DNA of 64,000 bases from Eubacteriales bacterium. GTDB lineage: Bacteria > Bacillota > Clostridia > Oscillospirales > CAG-382. Below the pieces are notes generated by a model, which was not told the origin of the DNA, ran no database searches, and saw nothing but the letters and a program-made list of their open reading frames with translations. Of the stretch, positions 63,680-64,000 are shown piece after piece (the first letter of the stretch is position 1; every line of letters begins with the position of its first letter). Made by a program: the position numbers and the translations under genes. Location: contig JAZTXY010000086.1 of NCBI GenBank assembly GCA_045636665.1, forward strand, positions 72,031 through 136,030, in the 5' to 3' direction.

Positions 63680-64000
63680 CTATGCTTGATTTTTATCTGA
63701 TAATTCTTTAAATAAATTTGTTTTATATATTCTATTATACATTGCAAATTCAATCTTGGTCGCTTTTTTGAAATTCTTATAATCTTCTGCAAGAAAGATA
63801 GGTATATTATGTAATGCGTCTGCGAGGTCTTCAAGTTGTTTATAATCTTCTGTTACTGAACATTCAAGTAATTTTCGAAATGCTTTTTCGAGGAAGAAAT
63901 AACAAAATTCATTGTGAATAACCTTCAAACCATACGTGTATATATTATCAACATATGCCCACCAAAAACAATCTTTATCGATGGTTTCTATTGTTCGCAA
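63680..64000 (-). CDS. Hypothetical protein, 3' part only (the gene continues past the window edge); strongly AT-rich
   Basis: The frame is open to nt 64000 and stops at 63680-63682, followed by the hairpin AGCGAGGTG-AATTT-CACCTCGCT. No family recognised. Confidence 0.5.
   Translation of the reverse strand: MRTIETIDKDCFWWAYVDNIYTYGLKVIHNEFCYFFLEKAFRKLLECSVTEDYKQLEDLADALHNIPIFLAEDYKNFKKATKIEFAMYNRIYKTNLFKELSDKNQA

Overview
This is a 64-kb chromosomal segment of a spore-forming, Clostridia-type Firmicute, roughly 50% GC by eye. Sporulation genes present are a ylbJ-like gene, yqfC, yqfD, a cotF-like pair, gpr, spoIIP, ymxH and spoIVA. I call 58 protein genes, one of which is missing from the ORF track. 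I also call 4 tRNAs: Leu-GAG, plus a Gly-UCC/Arg-UCU/His-GUG cluster downstream of rpsT. Several near-consensus sigma-A promoters and rho-independent terminators are listed. I saw no rRNA, CRISPR array, transposase, integrase or phage gene. Most genes are housekeeping: pepV, a DivIVA-domain protein, an alanine symporter, a Ca-type P-ATPase, ribF, secG, xpt, tldD/pmbA, malQ, type III glutamine synthetase, pfkA, rlmB and bcp. The main things worth a second look follow. (1) A BlaI-type repressor is coupled to a 1,326-aa M56/BlaR1-type protease whose sensor is replaced by BspA-type LRR and other surface modules. It shares a 47-nt ECF-like promoter module with a neighbouring GLUG lipoprotein gene. 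(2) A dispersed family of short hairpin/heptamer modules sits in orphan intergenic regions. (3) Three consecutive homologues of enzymes lack their catalytic motifs (P1B-ATPase-like, EF-G-like with PGH changed to PGM, DHHW-like), and there is also a D,D-carboxypeptidase homologue with all three motifs replaced. (4) AT-richer gene cassettes are bracketed by direct repeats. (5) An 80-bp duplication covers the tRNA-Leu 3' end and its terminator. (6) A sigma-70/ECF-like factor is fused to a ~330-aa domain. All functional calls rest on motifs I recognise by eye. No database search, HMM or folding program was run.
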